Assembly: GCA_044370735.1 (NCBI GenBank)
Contig: JBILUY010000001.1
Location: forward strand, 1 to 44,294
Source: Crocinitomicaceae bacterium
GTDB lineage: Bacteria; Bacteroidota; Bacteroidia; Flavobacteriales_D; Crocinitomicaceae
Direction of reading: 5' to 3'
Length of the DNA: 44,294 nt
The notes beneath the pieces are model-generated. The model searched no databases, was not told the DNA's origin, and worked only from the letters and a program-made list of their open reading frames with translations. A program made the position numbers and the translations under genes. Shown here piece after piece: positions 19,811-27,886 of this stretch; position 1 is the first letter of the stretch; every line of letters begins with the position of its first letter.

Positions 19811-19827
19811 ATCTAATTATTTTGTAA

Positions 19828-19835
19828 CAAATTTA
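19828..19835 (-). promoter_or_regulatory. candidate Bacteroidota -7 box (TAAATTTG) upstream of the sensor phosphatase gene
   Basis: The minus strand reads TAAATTTG, matching the TAnnTTTG consensus, 17 nt upstream of the ATG at 19810. No convincing -33 TTG at the canonical spacing. Confidence 0.3.
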
Positions 19836-19885
19836 CAATTAATAATTTATTATGAAAATAGTTTGAAATTTTAGTAGTGTTATTA

Positions 19886-20926
19886 CTACCTTTTTGGCTC
19901 TGATATTAATGTGTCACCGATCATTGAATAATCGGTTAGAGTAAATAAAAATTTCATCAAATTCTTTTTATCTGTAGAAGATAAATTCAAATTTTTATTT
20001 AGTGTTGGATCAAGGTTTGAATGTGATTTTATTCCTGAATTATAATGATTAATCACGTCCATAATACTTGCAAATCTCCCATCGTGCATAAATGGATAGG
20101 TAAATTCAACATTTCGTAAGGTAGGAACTTTGAATTTAGCTCGATCACTTTCTATTTTAGTCACATTATATCTTCCATCGTCTTTGTAGATACTATCTAG
20201 ACCATTATTTCTAAAAGAATAATCCGTAAATAAAGGTTCTTTGTGACATTGAGCACAATTCGTTTTAAATAATTCATATCCTGCTTGTTCGTTTGCTGTG
20301 AACGTAGCTTTACCAGCCTTCACTTGATCGTATTTAGAATTTGCAGAAACAACAAATGCCATATACTGACTTAAAGCTAGTTGAAGGTATTTGGGGGTGA
20401 TACGATTAATATTATATGCTTTTTTAAATTGAGTTGAATAGAAATTGTTTTTATTTAATTTTTCAAAAAGATGCGTTGTGTCTTCTTTCATTTCAATCGG
20501 GTTTAAAATAGGATGCATTGAGAAATCATCCATTTTTGTAACATTTCCATCCCAAAAGAAATAGGGGTTCCAAGCCATATTAAACACAGGCGGTGCATTA
20601 CGATTTCCAAAAGCGCCATTTACTCCTTTGCTAAATGGAATATTGTGGTCTGCAAATCCGTGCGTTTGTGCGTGACACGTTGCACAAGATATGGAACTAT
20701 CTAACGATAGAATTGGGTCGTAAAATAAATACCTTCCTAGTACAAATTTGGCCCTGCTGACTGTATTCCCTTCAAAAGAATAAATTGAGCTCGGAAAATT
20801 GGAAGGAGCATTGAAAGCAAAATTATCTTGTGGTACAGATGGAATAGGAGATATAACGGGCTTATCTTTTTTACAACTACAAACAATTGTAAAGATGAGA
20901 ACCCCTATAACCCCTAACTTTTTCAT
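19886..20926 (-). CDS. di-haem cytochrome c peroxidase / MauG / MbnH superfamily lipoprotein (copy 2)
   Basis: 346 aa. Two CXXCH sites (SCATCHAQTHGFADH, NCAQCHKEPLF) plus FFWDG and YPFMHDGRF motifs. Lipobox-like VCSCKK. Confidence 0.85.
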   Translation of the reverse strand: MKKLGVIGVLIFTIVCSCKKDKPVISPIPSVPQDNFAFNAPSNFPSSIYSFEGNTVSRAKFVLGRYLFYDPILSLDSSISCATCHAQTHGFADHNIPFSKGVNGAFGNRNAPPVFNMAWNPYFFWDGNVTKMDDFSMHPILNPIEMKEDTTHLFEKLNKNNFYSTQFKKAYNINRITPKYLQLALSQYMAFVVSANSKYDQVKAGKATFTANEQAGYELFKTNCAQCHKEPLFTDYSFRNNGLDSIYKDDGRYNVTKIESDRAKFKVPTLRNVEFTYPFMHDGRFASIMDVINHYNSGIKSHSNLDPTLNKNLNLSSTDKKNLMKFLFTLTDYSMIGDTLISEPKR

Positions 20927-20936
20927 ATTTTTAAAT

Positions 20937-21536
20937 TTAAAAATTTTTCTGTATTCCTACAAAACAATCTTGGTGAAATTGATTGTTTGTTGTGTTATAT
21001 TGTTGAAAATAGGAGAGTTCATATCGACCATATACACCCCATTTTTGATTGAAGAAATAATGGATTTCTGGTAATAGAGTAACTCCGATACCGTTTGTGT
21101 AAAATCGGGTCCAAAGAGGGGATTTAATCATCCATTTTGTTTTGGAAAAATAGGGGAAAATTGACACAAGAGGCTCCAAACTAGACGCTTGAGTTCCTCT
21201 ACTGTCATTATCTAAACGTAAACGTAGATCGACACCAATTCCGGCATATAATCTCCAAGCAGCTTTATCTATCCATTTGTATTCGAGTATAGGTGTAAGA
21301 TCGTAAGCTGTTTTTGAAAAGTAAAAAAGTGTCCCATATGAACGGATCCGAGCAGAAAATAACAAATCATTTCTGTATGAAGTGGTATAAATTACATTCG
21401 TAATAGGATAGATATAGCGATTGCGGTAACTTCCAATATCGGTACTTATGGTACTTTTCAATTGTTTCATTTCCTGTGTATATCCCAATGAGAATATACA
21501 TAGTAACAAAATCACTAAACTATTGAATTTCATCAT
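20937..21536 (-). CDS. small predicted outer-membrane beta-barrel protein
   Basis: 199 aa. Signal peptide MMKFNSLVILLLCIFSLGYTQ and a C-terminus ending in F (GIQKNF). Its start overlaps the upstream stop as ATGA. Confidence 0.5.
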   Translation of the reverse strand: MMKFNSLVILLLCIFSLGYTQEMKQLKSTISTDIGSYRNRYIYPITNVIYTTSYRNDLLFSARIRSYGTLFYFSKTAYDLTPILEYKWIDKAAWRLYAGIGVDLRLRLDNDSRGTQASSLEPLVSIFPYFSKTKWMIKSPLWTRFYTNGIGVTLLPEIHYFFNQKWGVYGRYELSYFQQYNTTNNQFHQDCFVGIQKNF

Positions 21537-22333
21537 GGTTGCACACTGTTAAAAGTTGGACCAATCTTTACTTCATCAAAATACACAACATTATTATTTT
21601 TTGGTTGAATGTGTCCGTGATATTGCCCGAATTTGAAATAGTTTCCTGCTCGGTTGTAAAGATTTGGGCTATAGAATTTGTGGTCTTTTCCGTTATTTGG
21701 AGTGATATATTCCTTATTTAACCAAGCTTCGATAAATCCTTTGTCTGTATCATCCCAATAAATATGTGCAGTAAAGTCATACCATTTTCCTTTTTCGATG
21801 GGAATGCTATTTCCAATCAAATAGGTTTGATTACTGCTTCTCGGGTTTGAATTTCCATGTAATTCCATTTTCCCATCCACATAGGTAAATTGAATGGGAG
21901 GGGGAGAGCCGTGAAGTACGGGTGTGCTTGTCCAACTTTCACCGCGAAGGTAGTCAGGCAAATCTTGCCATTGACAGAGTAGGGTATAGGAGTCATCTTG
22001 GTAATTAGTATCGATATAGAAACTAAAACCATAATAAGCTTCGGATTGGTAGTTTGCCGAATGATAAACAGCTAATTCTGTTCGATAACCATTAAAGACA
22101 AAATCTTCTGTATGTAAGGTTGTTTTCAATGCTGTTTTTCCAGAGCGAGTAGGGTAATTTACTAAAGAAAGATTGGCATTGGTATCTTTCACTAAAAGCA
22201 AATCATACGATTTTAATTTGTTGATCTCAAAACGATCTTCAAACGGTGCTATCGGTTGATTGGGTTCGTTCAGCGGAACTTTCCCACAGGAAAGTAAAAC
22301 AAGAAGAAATAGTATAACCCCAAATTTCATCAT
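21533..22333 (-). CDS. concanavalin-fold lipoprotein, polysaccharide-lyase (heparin lyase I / PF14099)-like
   Basis: 266 aa with lipobox LLSCGK. The pattern GYRTELAV...FSFYID...LCQWQD...SPPPIQFTYVDGKMEL...GKWYDFTAHIYW...GFIEAWLN...YFKFGQY...VYFDEVKIG matches my recollection of that family. The start overlaps the upstream stop as ATGA. Confidence 0.5.
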   Translation of the reverse strand: MMKFGVILFLLVLLSCGKVPLNEPNQPIAPFEDRFEINKLKSYDLLLVKDTNANLSLVNYPTRSGKTALKTTLHTEDFVFNGYRTELAVYHSANYQSEAYYGFSFYIDTNYQDDSYTLLCQWQDLPDYLRGESWTSTPVLHGSPPPIQFTYVDGKMELHGNSNPRSSNQTYLIGNSIPIEKGKWYDFTAHIYWDDTDKGFIEAWLNKEYITPNNGKDHKFYSPNLYNRAGNYFKFGQYHGHIQPKNNNVVYFDEVKIGPTFNSVQP

Positions 22334-23349
22334 CGGATTGGTTCAGCATATTTTGTACTTCCAATATACGAATAATCACTCAAGGTTTTTAAAAATTCAA
22401 TTAAATCCGATTGGTCTTTGTCGTTTAACGGAAAACCATTGACGAGTAAAGGGTCAGTTGTTGGTGAAATTTGAATTCCGGTAGCTTTGAATTTTACCAC
22501 TTCTTTTAAGTTTGCAAATCGTCCATCGTGCATGTAAGGATAGGTAAATTCAATATTGCGTAGGGTTGGAACCTTGAATTTTCCTTTATCTGCCGGAGCT
22601 TGCGTTACTTTTTCTACACCGATATCTACGATGTTACTTTCTAAGCCACTGTTTCTAAAACTATAATTTGTAAAAAGAGGTTCGGTATGACACGAATTAC
22701 AATGTTGTTTAAATAGCTCATAGCCATGTTGTTCATTCGATGTAAAAGTTGCTTTCCCTAATTTCACTTGATCGTATTTGGCATTCGCTGATATTAGCAT
22801 TGAGGTAAATTGAGCCAAAGCATGCAGAAATTTTTGATCCGTAATGGTATCAACTCCAAAGGCTTTTTTAAACTGTTTGCGATAGAAAGCACTTCGATTT
22901 AGCTTTTTCATTAAATTGCTAAATGTTTCACCCATTTCATGTTCGCTGGTAATTGGTACAAGAGGTTGTACTTCGATGTGATTTACTCCTCCATCCCACA
23001 TAAAAGTAGGTGACCAAGCAAGGTTCATCAAAGCGGGAGCATTTCGTGTTCCAAATTTTCCGTGAACTCCTTTACTTAAGGGAACGTTATGATCAGCAAA
23101 ACCATGTGCTTGAGCATGACAGGAACTACAAGATAAAGAACTATCTGCAGATAGGATAGGGTCGTAGAATAAGAACCGTCCTAACTCAAAACCTGCTTTC
23201 GTTAATGGATTGTTTGAGTAAGAATAAACTGGTTTTGGAAAATGACTTGGTTGGTCAAATGTGAAAGTATCAATTGCAGAAATTATTGGTTCATCTTTTT
23301 GACAAGACAAAAGAATGAAAAGTAGAATAAATGGTAATATTATTTTCAT
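22330..23349 (-). CDS. di-haem cytochrome c peroxidase / MauG / MbnH superfamily lipoprotein (copy 1)
   Basis: 339 aa. Two CXXCH sites (SCSSCHAQAHGFADH, HCNSCHTEPLF) plus FMWDGG and YPYMHDGRF motifs. Lipobox LLSC followed by QKDE. Confidence 0.85.
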   Translation of the reverse strand: MKIILPFILLFILLSCQKDEPIISAIDTFTFDQPSHFPKPVYSYSNNPLTKAGFELGRFLFYDPILSADSSLSCSSCHAQAHGFADHNVPLSKGVHGKFGTRNAPALMNLAWSPTFMWDGGVNHIEVQPLVPITSEHEMGETFSNLMKKLNRSAFYRKQFKKAFGVDTITDQKFLHALAQFTSMLISANAKYDQVKLGKATFTSNEQHGYELFKQHCNSCHTEPLFTNYSFRNSGLESNIVDIGVEKVTQAPADKGKFKVPTLRNIEFTYPYMHDGRFANLKEVVKFKATGIQISPTTDPLLVNGFPLNDKDQSDLIEFLKTLSDYSYIGSTKYAEPIR

Positions 23350-23368
23350 ACAATTGTTTTAAAAAAGA

Positions 23369-23391
23369 GGGTGTCTCATAAAGAGACACCC
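23369..23391 (-). terminator. intrinsic-terminator-like hairpin between the MbnP-like gene and the peroxidase operon
   Basis: GGGTGTCTC (23369..23377), loop ATAAA, GAGACACCC (23383..23391). On the minus strand it is followed by TTTTTT, and the next ATG comes 19 nt after the stem. Confidence 0.6.
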
Positions 23392-23401
23392 ATCCAATTA
23401 A

Positions 23402-24214
23402 CTATTGATTATTTGTTACTTTTTTAACAGAGAATCCATAAGGACTGTTAAATAAACCAAATCCTCCATTTTCGCCCAGAGCCATAGTCACAGCAGGAGT
23501 TCCTGGCATGTGAATCATGTTTAATGTTTTCACACTTGGTGCTGAATGCCACAATAAACCTGGGTTAACTTCCATAGAAATAGTACTTTTCTTGTTTGCA
23601 GTTACTGTTACTTTTGTAGTGTTTTCTAACGCTATTGATTTTTTTGTAACCACATTGTTCGCACCACTAAATCCACCTAAATGGAAAGCAAACATTTTTT
23701 GTTTTGCGGTATCTAAATATTTACCTTCTGCTTTTAACATGATGTAACCACTTTTCCAGCTCCAGTACATATCATTTGTTACAGCTAAATCACCTGTTTG
23801 AGCTCCAGAAACGTTTCTTGCACTATCCACACCTAACGTATATTCTAGGGAAGTATAATCACCTGCTGGAACATTTGCTAAACTAATTGTCAAAGAACTT
23901 GGTTTAGAAAGGTCAATCAAATGGTAGCTTTCAGTTTCAGTCCAGTAAGTACCATCCGCTTTTTTCAATTTTACATTCGTAAAGAAATATTTGAATTTAG
24001 AAAAATACATCGTATCCTTTTTCATTGGGTGAATGAAAATACTATCCAACATAAAGTCTTTCTCATTCATCATACCATACTTATGAGCAAACTCGATGTT
24101 TACAGTACCATTTCCTACTGTATTAGGTGTAGTAGTTGTGTCATCTTTTTTACAAGAGGTTAATCCTAAGATTAAAGTCGCAGCAGCTGCGATTGTTAAT
24201 TTGATTGTTTTCAT
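23402..24214 (-). CDS. MbnP-like lipoprotein (WxW motif)
   Basis: 270 aa with lipobox LTSCKKDD. Beta-rich pattern YFSKFKYFFTNVKLKKADGTYW...VPAGDYTSLEYTLGVD and the motif DMYWSWKSGYIMLKAEG (WSW at 23756..23764). Sits next to a MauG/MbnH-like di-haem enzyme. Confidence 0.5.
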   Translation of the reverse strand: MKTIKLTIAAAATLILGLTSCKKDDTTTTPNTVGNGTVNIEFAHKYGMMNEKDFMLDSIFIHPMKKDTMYFSKFKYFFTNVKLKKADGTYWTETESYHLIDLSKPSSLTISLANVPAGDYTSLEYTLGVDSARNVSGAQTGDLAVTNDMYWSWKSGYIMLKAEGKYLDTAKQKMFAFHLGGFSGANNVVTKKSIALENTTKVTVTANKKSTISMEVNPGLLWHSAPSVKTLNMIHMPGTPAVTMALGENGGFGLFNSPYGFSVKKVTNNQ

Positions 24215-24277
24215 TTTGTTAATTTTTTAAAGTTTATTTTTTCCTTCCTTGAGGAGGGACAAAGGGAGGTGATTTTA

Positions 24278-26653
24278 TTATTCGATAATCAATTTCTCAA
24301 TATGTTTTCCGTTTACATATTCCACATGAATGAAATAAACACCAGTACTGAAAGCAGTTTCCAATTCTAAATCTGTTTTGTTAACAAATTGAATTTCTTT
24401 TACTTTCATTCCAAGTTCGTTGAAAATTACTACTTGTTGAATTGCTGCAGGAGCATTGATAGAAATATTTCCTTTAGAAGGATTAGGGTAAACTTGCGTT
24501 TTCGTAGCATTTATTTCCTCGATACCAGCGCATGCTTCTCTTGTTAATGAAATACTATCTCTGCTTGTAGTACCTACTTTATCAGTGATTTCAACCCAAT
24601 AGTTTCCTGTAGATAAATTACTTACTGATAACGTTGTATCACCCGTACTCCATTTGATTTTGTATGGTGCAGCAGGAGCAGCGAAGATTGTTCCACCTGT
24701 GAAAGCAATCGATAATTCTCCTTCTTTGTTAGCACATGTTGCTTTTTTCACTTCTGCAAAAGCTACATTTAAAGGAACTTCTGATAATGAATTTGAATAA
24801 ATACTATTATTTTCAGTTGAAACAAAAACGCGTTCTCCAGCAAAACCAATTTTGTTCACATCTGTGAAACTTGGTAAGTTGAATTGATTTCCACCTCTTT
24901 CCCATGTTTTCCCTTCGTCAGAAGTTGCTAATAAACCACCTTTGTATGAAGCGAATAAGTAACCACCGTAAGTACCTAATGCTTGAATAGCATCACCATC
25001 TAAACCTAACATTACTGTATGATCGATTGATGTTTCAGCGGTAGCTTTCCAATCTATGTTTTCGATGTTTGAAACATATACTCCACCGTGATGAGCACCT
25101 ACGTAAACATTTGTTCCTAAAGCAGTAATACTTGTTAAATGATCTGTCGGTAAGTTTTTATTGATATCTACCCAGTCACCAGCGTTCTCATTTTTAACAA
25201 AAGCACCTTGACCGTGAGCAGCTAAATATACTTTACCTCCTAAAAATGCCAATGACACAGGCTCCATTCCTTGTGGAAGTCCACCCATAATCATCGTCCA
25301 ATCATTTGTTCCGTTTGATTGCCAGATGTTTCCAGTACTACAAATTACATAGATAAAGTTTTTAGAAGCAAATACTTTTTCGATATTCATATTTGTCAAT
25401 CCTTTGTTAAAAGTAGACCAAACATTAGCTGCTGTATCAGTAACAAATACACCTGCATTTTCAGTCACTGCATATGCTTTAGAACCAAAAATTGCAAGGT
25501 CATTTACATTCAAACTATCCGTTAAACCTTTGTTTATTTTAGTGTATGAAGTAGCTAAATTTTTGGTTACATAAACACCTCTTTCATTTGCCACATAAAT
25601 TAGTTTTGCATTATTCGTTGCGAAAGAATTTGTTTTAATGTTATTGAAACCAGTGTTAGTTGCTACCCATTTGCTAGTGTTTTGATCTAAACGATAAATA
25701 CCATTGTTTTCAATACAAACATAAATTTGATTTTGATGAATGAAACCATTATTGATGTTTAATGAATCAGTAATGTTAAAATTATAAGAATCATATTTTT
25801 GACTAATTGGGTCTCCTAAACCTCTTTCAGTTATAAATAATGCGTTTGATCCGATTTCATCAATAATGATATTTTTTACTTTTTCCGAAAATTGAGAAAC
25901 AGTATAATCGAATTTAGTAATAGTATCAGCTTTTTCTAAAACTAATAAGTATGATTCAGTGAACACCGCTAATTCATCACTATTACCTAAGTAATTGATT
26001 GATAAAGCACCATTTAAATTTGTAGTTTTTATATCATTCAACGAAGCCCAAGTAGTGCCTAAATTTTCAGAATAATAAATACCTTTTGATTCCGTTAAAA
26101 GAAATACTCGTTTGCTAGATTGACTTAAACCAACAATTTTAGTACCCGCAAAAGAGAGATTTGTTACCTCTGTCCAATTGTCTCCTAAATCTGTTGATTT
26201 AAAAAGTTTACCAGATGTTGTTCCAGCTAATAAAGTGTTTGCATCCAAAGCTATTACCGAAGTTAAATCCAACGACGTTAACCCTTTGTTGATTTTCACC
26301 CAGTAACGATCTGATCCAACATATCCAGAAAAACGGAAGATACCACTATCTGCAGTAGCTGCAATCGCATATTTTCCTGTATGAGCTAATCCAACAATTT
26401 TACCGCTTTTTAAACCTACAGGTCTTGCTGACCAAGAAACAATGATGGTATCTTTTGCAGTTGCATCGTACTTACGTGTACCTGCATATACACCTCCATT
26501 TGCAGTACCAATGTAAACGGTATCTTTTTTAGTTACAGAACAAGTTACAGTTCCGCCACCATAAGGACCTTTCGATCCAAAGTGTGCAAAAGAAGTTGCA
26601 CTCACTAAAACACCGGTTAAGGCTAATCCAATTTTAGTAATTGTTTTTTTCAT
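24278..26653 (-). CDS. BNR/Asp-box (sortilin/Ycf48-like) beta-propeller protein with SprB-type repeat and T9SS sorting domain
   Basis: 791 aa with a signal peptide. Asp-boxes STDLGDNWTEV, SENLGTTWASL and SDEGKTWERG. SprB-like module KKATCANKEGELSIAFTGG...YKIKWSTGDT...GNYWVEITDKVG. C-terminal QVYPNPSKGNISINA...GVYFIHVEY...KLIIE. Confidence 0.75.
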   Translation of the reverse strand: MKKTITKIGLALTGVLVSATSFAHFGSKGPYGGGTVTCSVTKKDTVYIGTANGGVYAGTRKYDATAKDTIIVSWSARPVGLKSGKIVGLAHTGKYAIAATADSGIFRFSGYVGSDRYWVKINKGLTSLDLTSVIALDANTLLAGTTSGKLFKSTDLGDNWTEVTNLSFAGTKIVGLSQSSKRVFLLTESKGIYYSENLGTTWASLNDIKTTNLNGALSINYLGNSDELAVFTESYLLVLEKADTITKFDYTVSQFSEKVKNIIIDEIGSNALFITERGLGDPISQKYDSYNFNITDSLNINNGFIHQNQIYVCIENNGIYRLDQNTSKWVATNTGFNNIKTNSFATNNAKLIYVANERGVYVTKNLATSYTKINKGLTDSLNVNDLAIFGSKAYAVTENAGVFVTDTAANVWSTFNKGLTNMNIEKVFASKNFIYVICSTGNIWQSNGTNDWTMIMGGLPQGMEPVSLAFLGGKVYLAAHGQGAFVKNENAGDWVDINKNLPTDHLTSITALGTNVYVGAHHGGVYVSNIENIDWKATAETSIDHTVMLGLDGDAIQALGTYGGYLFASYKGGLLATSDEGKTWERGGNQFNLPSFTDVNKIGFAGERVFVSTENNSIYSNSLSEVPLNVAFAEVKKATCANKEGELSIAFTGGTIFAAPAAPYKIKWSTGDTTLSVSNLSTGNYWVEITDKVGTTSRDSISLTREACAGIEEINATKTQVYPNPSKGNISINAPAAIQQVVIFNELGMKVKEIQFVNKTDLELETAFSTGVYFIHVEYVNGKHIEKLIIE

Positions 26654-26734
26654 AGTTAAATTTAATTGTTTGATTGACTTATGGGTAAGTCTTTTTCTCT
26701 AATCTTCTTTTGTCTTTCTACTTTCCACTTTCTT

Positions 26735-27112
26735 CTACTTTCTCGCCCCTTGTTGTATCCATTTTAAAATTAAATCGGTTGTACACCCGTCTAATTTTCC
26801 TGTTGGAGGCATAGGGTTGGTTTTAGAAGTCATCGAAACATACAAAATGCTATTTTCTGGTTTCATCGTGTCAATGTAGCCACTTTTACTATCCATTAGG
26901 TTTGCGTATGCTTGATTACTTTCTAAATTCAAATTTCCAGCAGGTTTAGATCCAACATGACAACCTGAAGTATTACAATTTGCATTGAATATCGGTTGAA
27001 TGTCTTTACTAAAAGAAACAGTTGCTGGCGGTGTACACACAGGTTCTGCAGTTCCTTTTTTACAAGAAATCAATAGCGTAGGAAAAGAAAGAACTAAAAA
27101 GATTTTCTTCAT
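26735..27112 (-). CDS. small lipoprotein with cytochrome-c-like (PSCyt1-like) domain carrying CX4CH
   Basis: 125 aa with lipobox LISCKK. IQPIFNANCNTSGCHVGSKPAGNLNLES ... ILKWIQQGA resembles planctomycete-type cytochrome c domains, but with C-N-T-S-G-C-H instead of CXXCH. The start overlaps the upstream stop by 1 nt (TAATG). Confidence 0.45.
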   Translation of the reverse strand: MKKIFLVLSFPTLLISCKKGTAEPVCTPPATVSFSKDIQPIFNANCNTSGCHVGSKPAGNLNLESNQAYANLMDSKSGYIDTMKPENSILYVSMTSKTNPMPPTGKLDGCTTDLILKWIQQGARK

Positions 27113-27882
27113 TAATTTTCGTATCTAAACATCGAAGCGATGTTAGTTTTTAACGTTGAAACGATGGGTTTTTTGTTATCATCTAAACTTTGGACTTTCA
27201 AATTCTTGGCGTTGGTTAAATCTATGTTTTCAAAGAATTTACTGTAATCAATGACCATATGAGCGTATCCAATTTGTCCTTCCAAAATGGTAATGTTTTG
27301 CTCTGGCATAACTACACTTATTAAGTTCTCGTTTCCTCCAATGCGGTATTCAAATGGAACTTTGACTCCATTCATCGCTTTGGTTGTATCGATTTGACCT
27401 GCAAAATTTAAAAACACATATTCATCGGGTTTAGCCATAGTGCCAAACCACATTTCAGATTGATTGAGTAAGATGTTATATCCTTCAGTGGTAGGTAATA
27501 ATTTGTTTGTTGCTGGGATAAGACCTACTTTAAATCGTACTGATTTGTAGTTTCCAACGTTGACATCACCAATTACAACACTTTCAGATTCAAACACTTT
27601 TAACGCACCTTTACTAGGTACATTATAAACGCTTCCATCCAACTTAACCAACTGAATATCTGTTAGGTAAAATTGAGCGCGATTGAGTGAAATTTTTCTT
27701 CCTTCCGGAGTGGTCATTTCAATATCATACGCATCTACTTCCGAATCACCTATAAAGGTATGAAGGTGAAATACCAATCTTCCTTTCGGGGTGTTATCCG
27801 TTGTAGCGGTTGGTGTTGAAGTTTCTTTTTTACATGAAACAAGTACCAACAGCAGTGAAATAATATAAACCCAGTTTTTCAT
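27112..27882 (-). CDS. lipoprotein distantly resembling the MbnP-like protein, lacking the WxW motif
   Basis: 256 aa with lipobox LVSCKKE. Shares the layout RAQFYLTDIQLVKLDGSVY...VNVGNYKSVRFKVGL with the 23402..24214 protein, but has SEMWFGT where that protein has MYWSWKSGY. Confidence 0.4.
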   Translation of the reverse strand: MKNWVYIISLLLVLVSCKKETSTPTATTDNTPKGRLVFHLHTFIGDSEVDAYDIEMTTPEGRKISLNRAQFYLTDIQLVKLDGSVYNVPSKGALKVFESESVVIGDVNVGNYKSVRFKVGLIPATNKLLPTTEGYNILLNQSEMWFGTMAKPDEYVFLNFAGQIDTTKAMNGVKVPFEYRIGGNENLISVVMPEQNITILEGQIGYAHMVIDYSKFFENIDLTNAKNLKVQSLDDNKKPIVSTLKTNIASMFRYEN

Positions 27883-27886
27883 AGTA

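Noticed and set aside
24241-24270. A purine-rich GGAGG-containing stretch (CCTTCCTTGAGGAGGGACAAAGGGAGG) downstream of the BNR gene, considered as a terminator or SD-like element.
   Set aside because: On the transcribed (minus) strand the stem has a C-A mismatch and no T-run follows. No plus-strand gene is positioned to use it as a ribosome-binding site.
24278-26653. Calling the BNR-repeat protein a sialidase.
   Set aside because: Asp-boxes alone are not diagnostic. I found no FRIP/RIP motif or other sialidase catalytic signature by eye.
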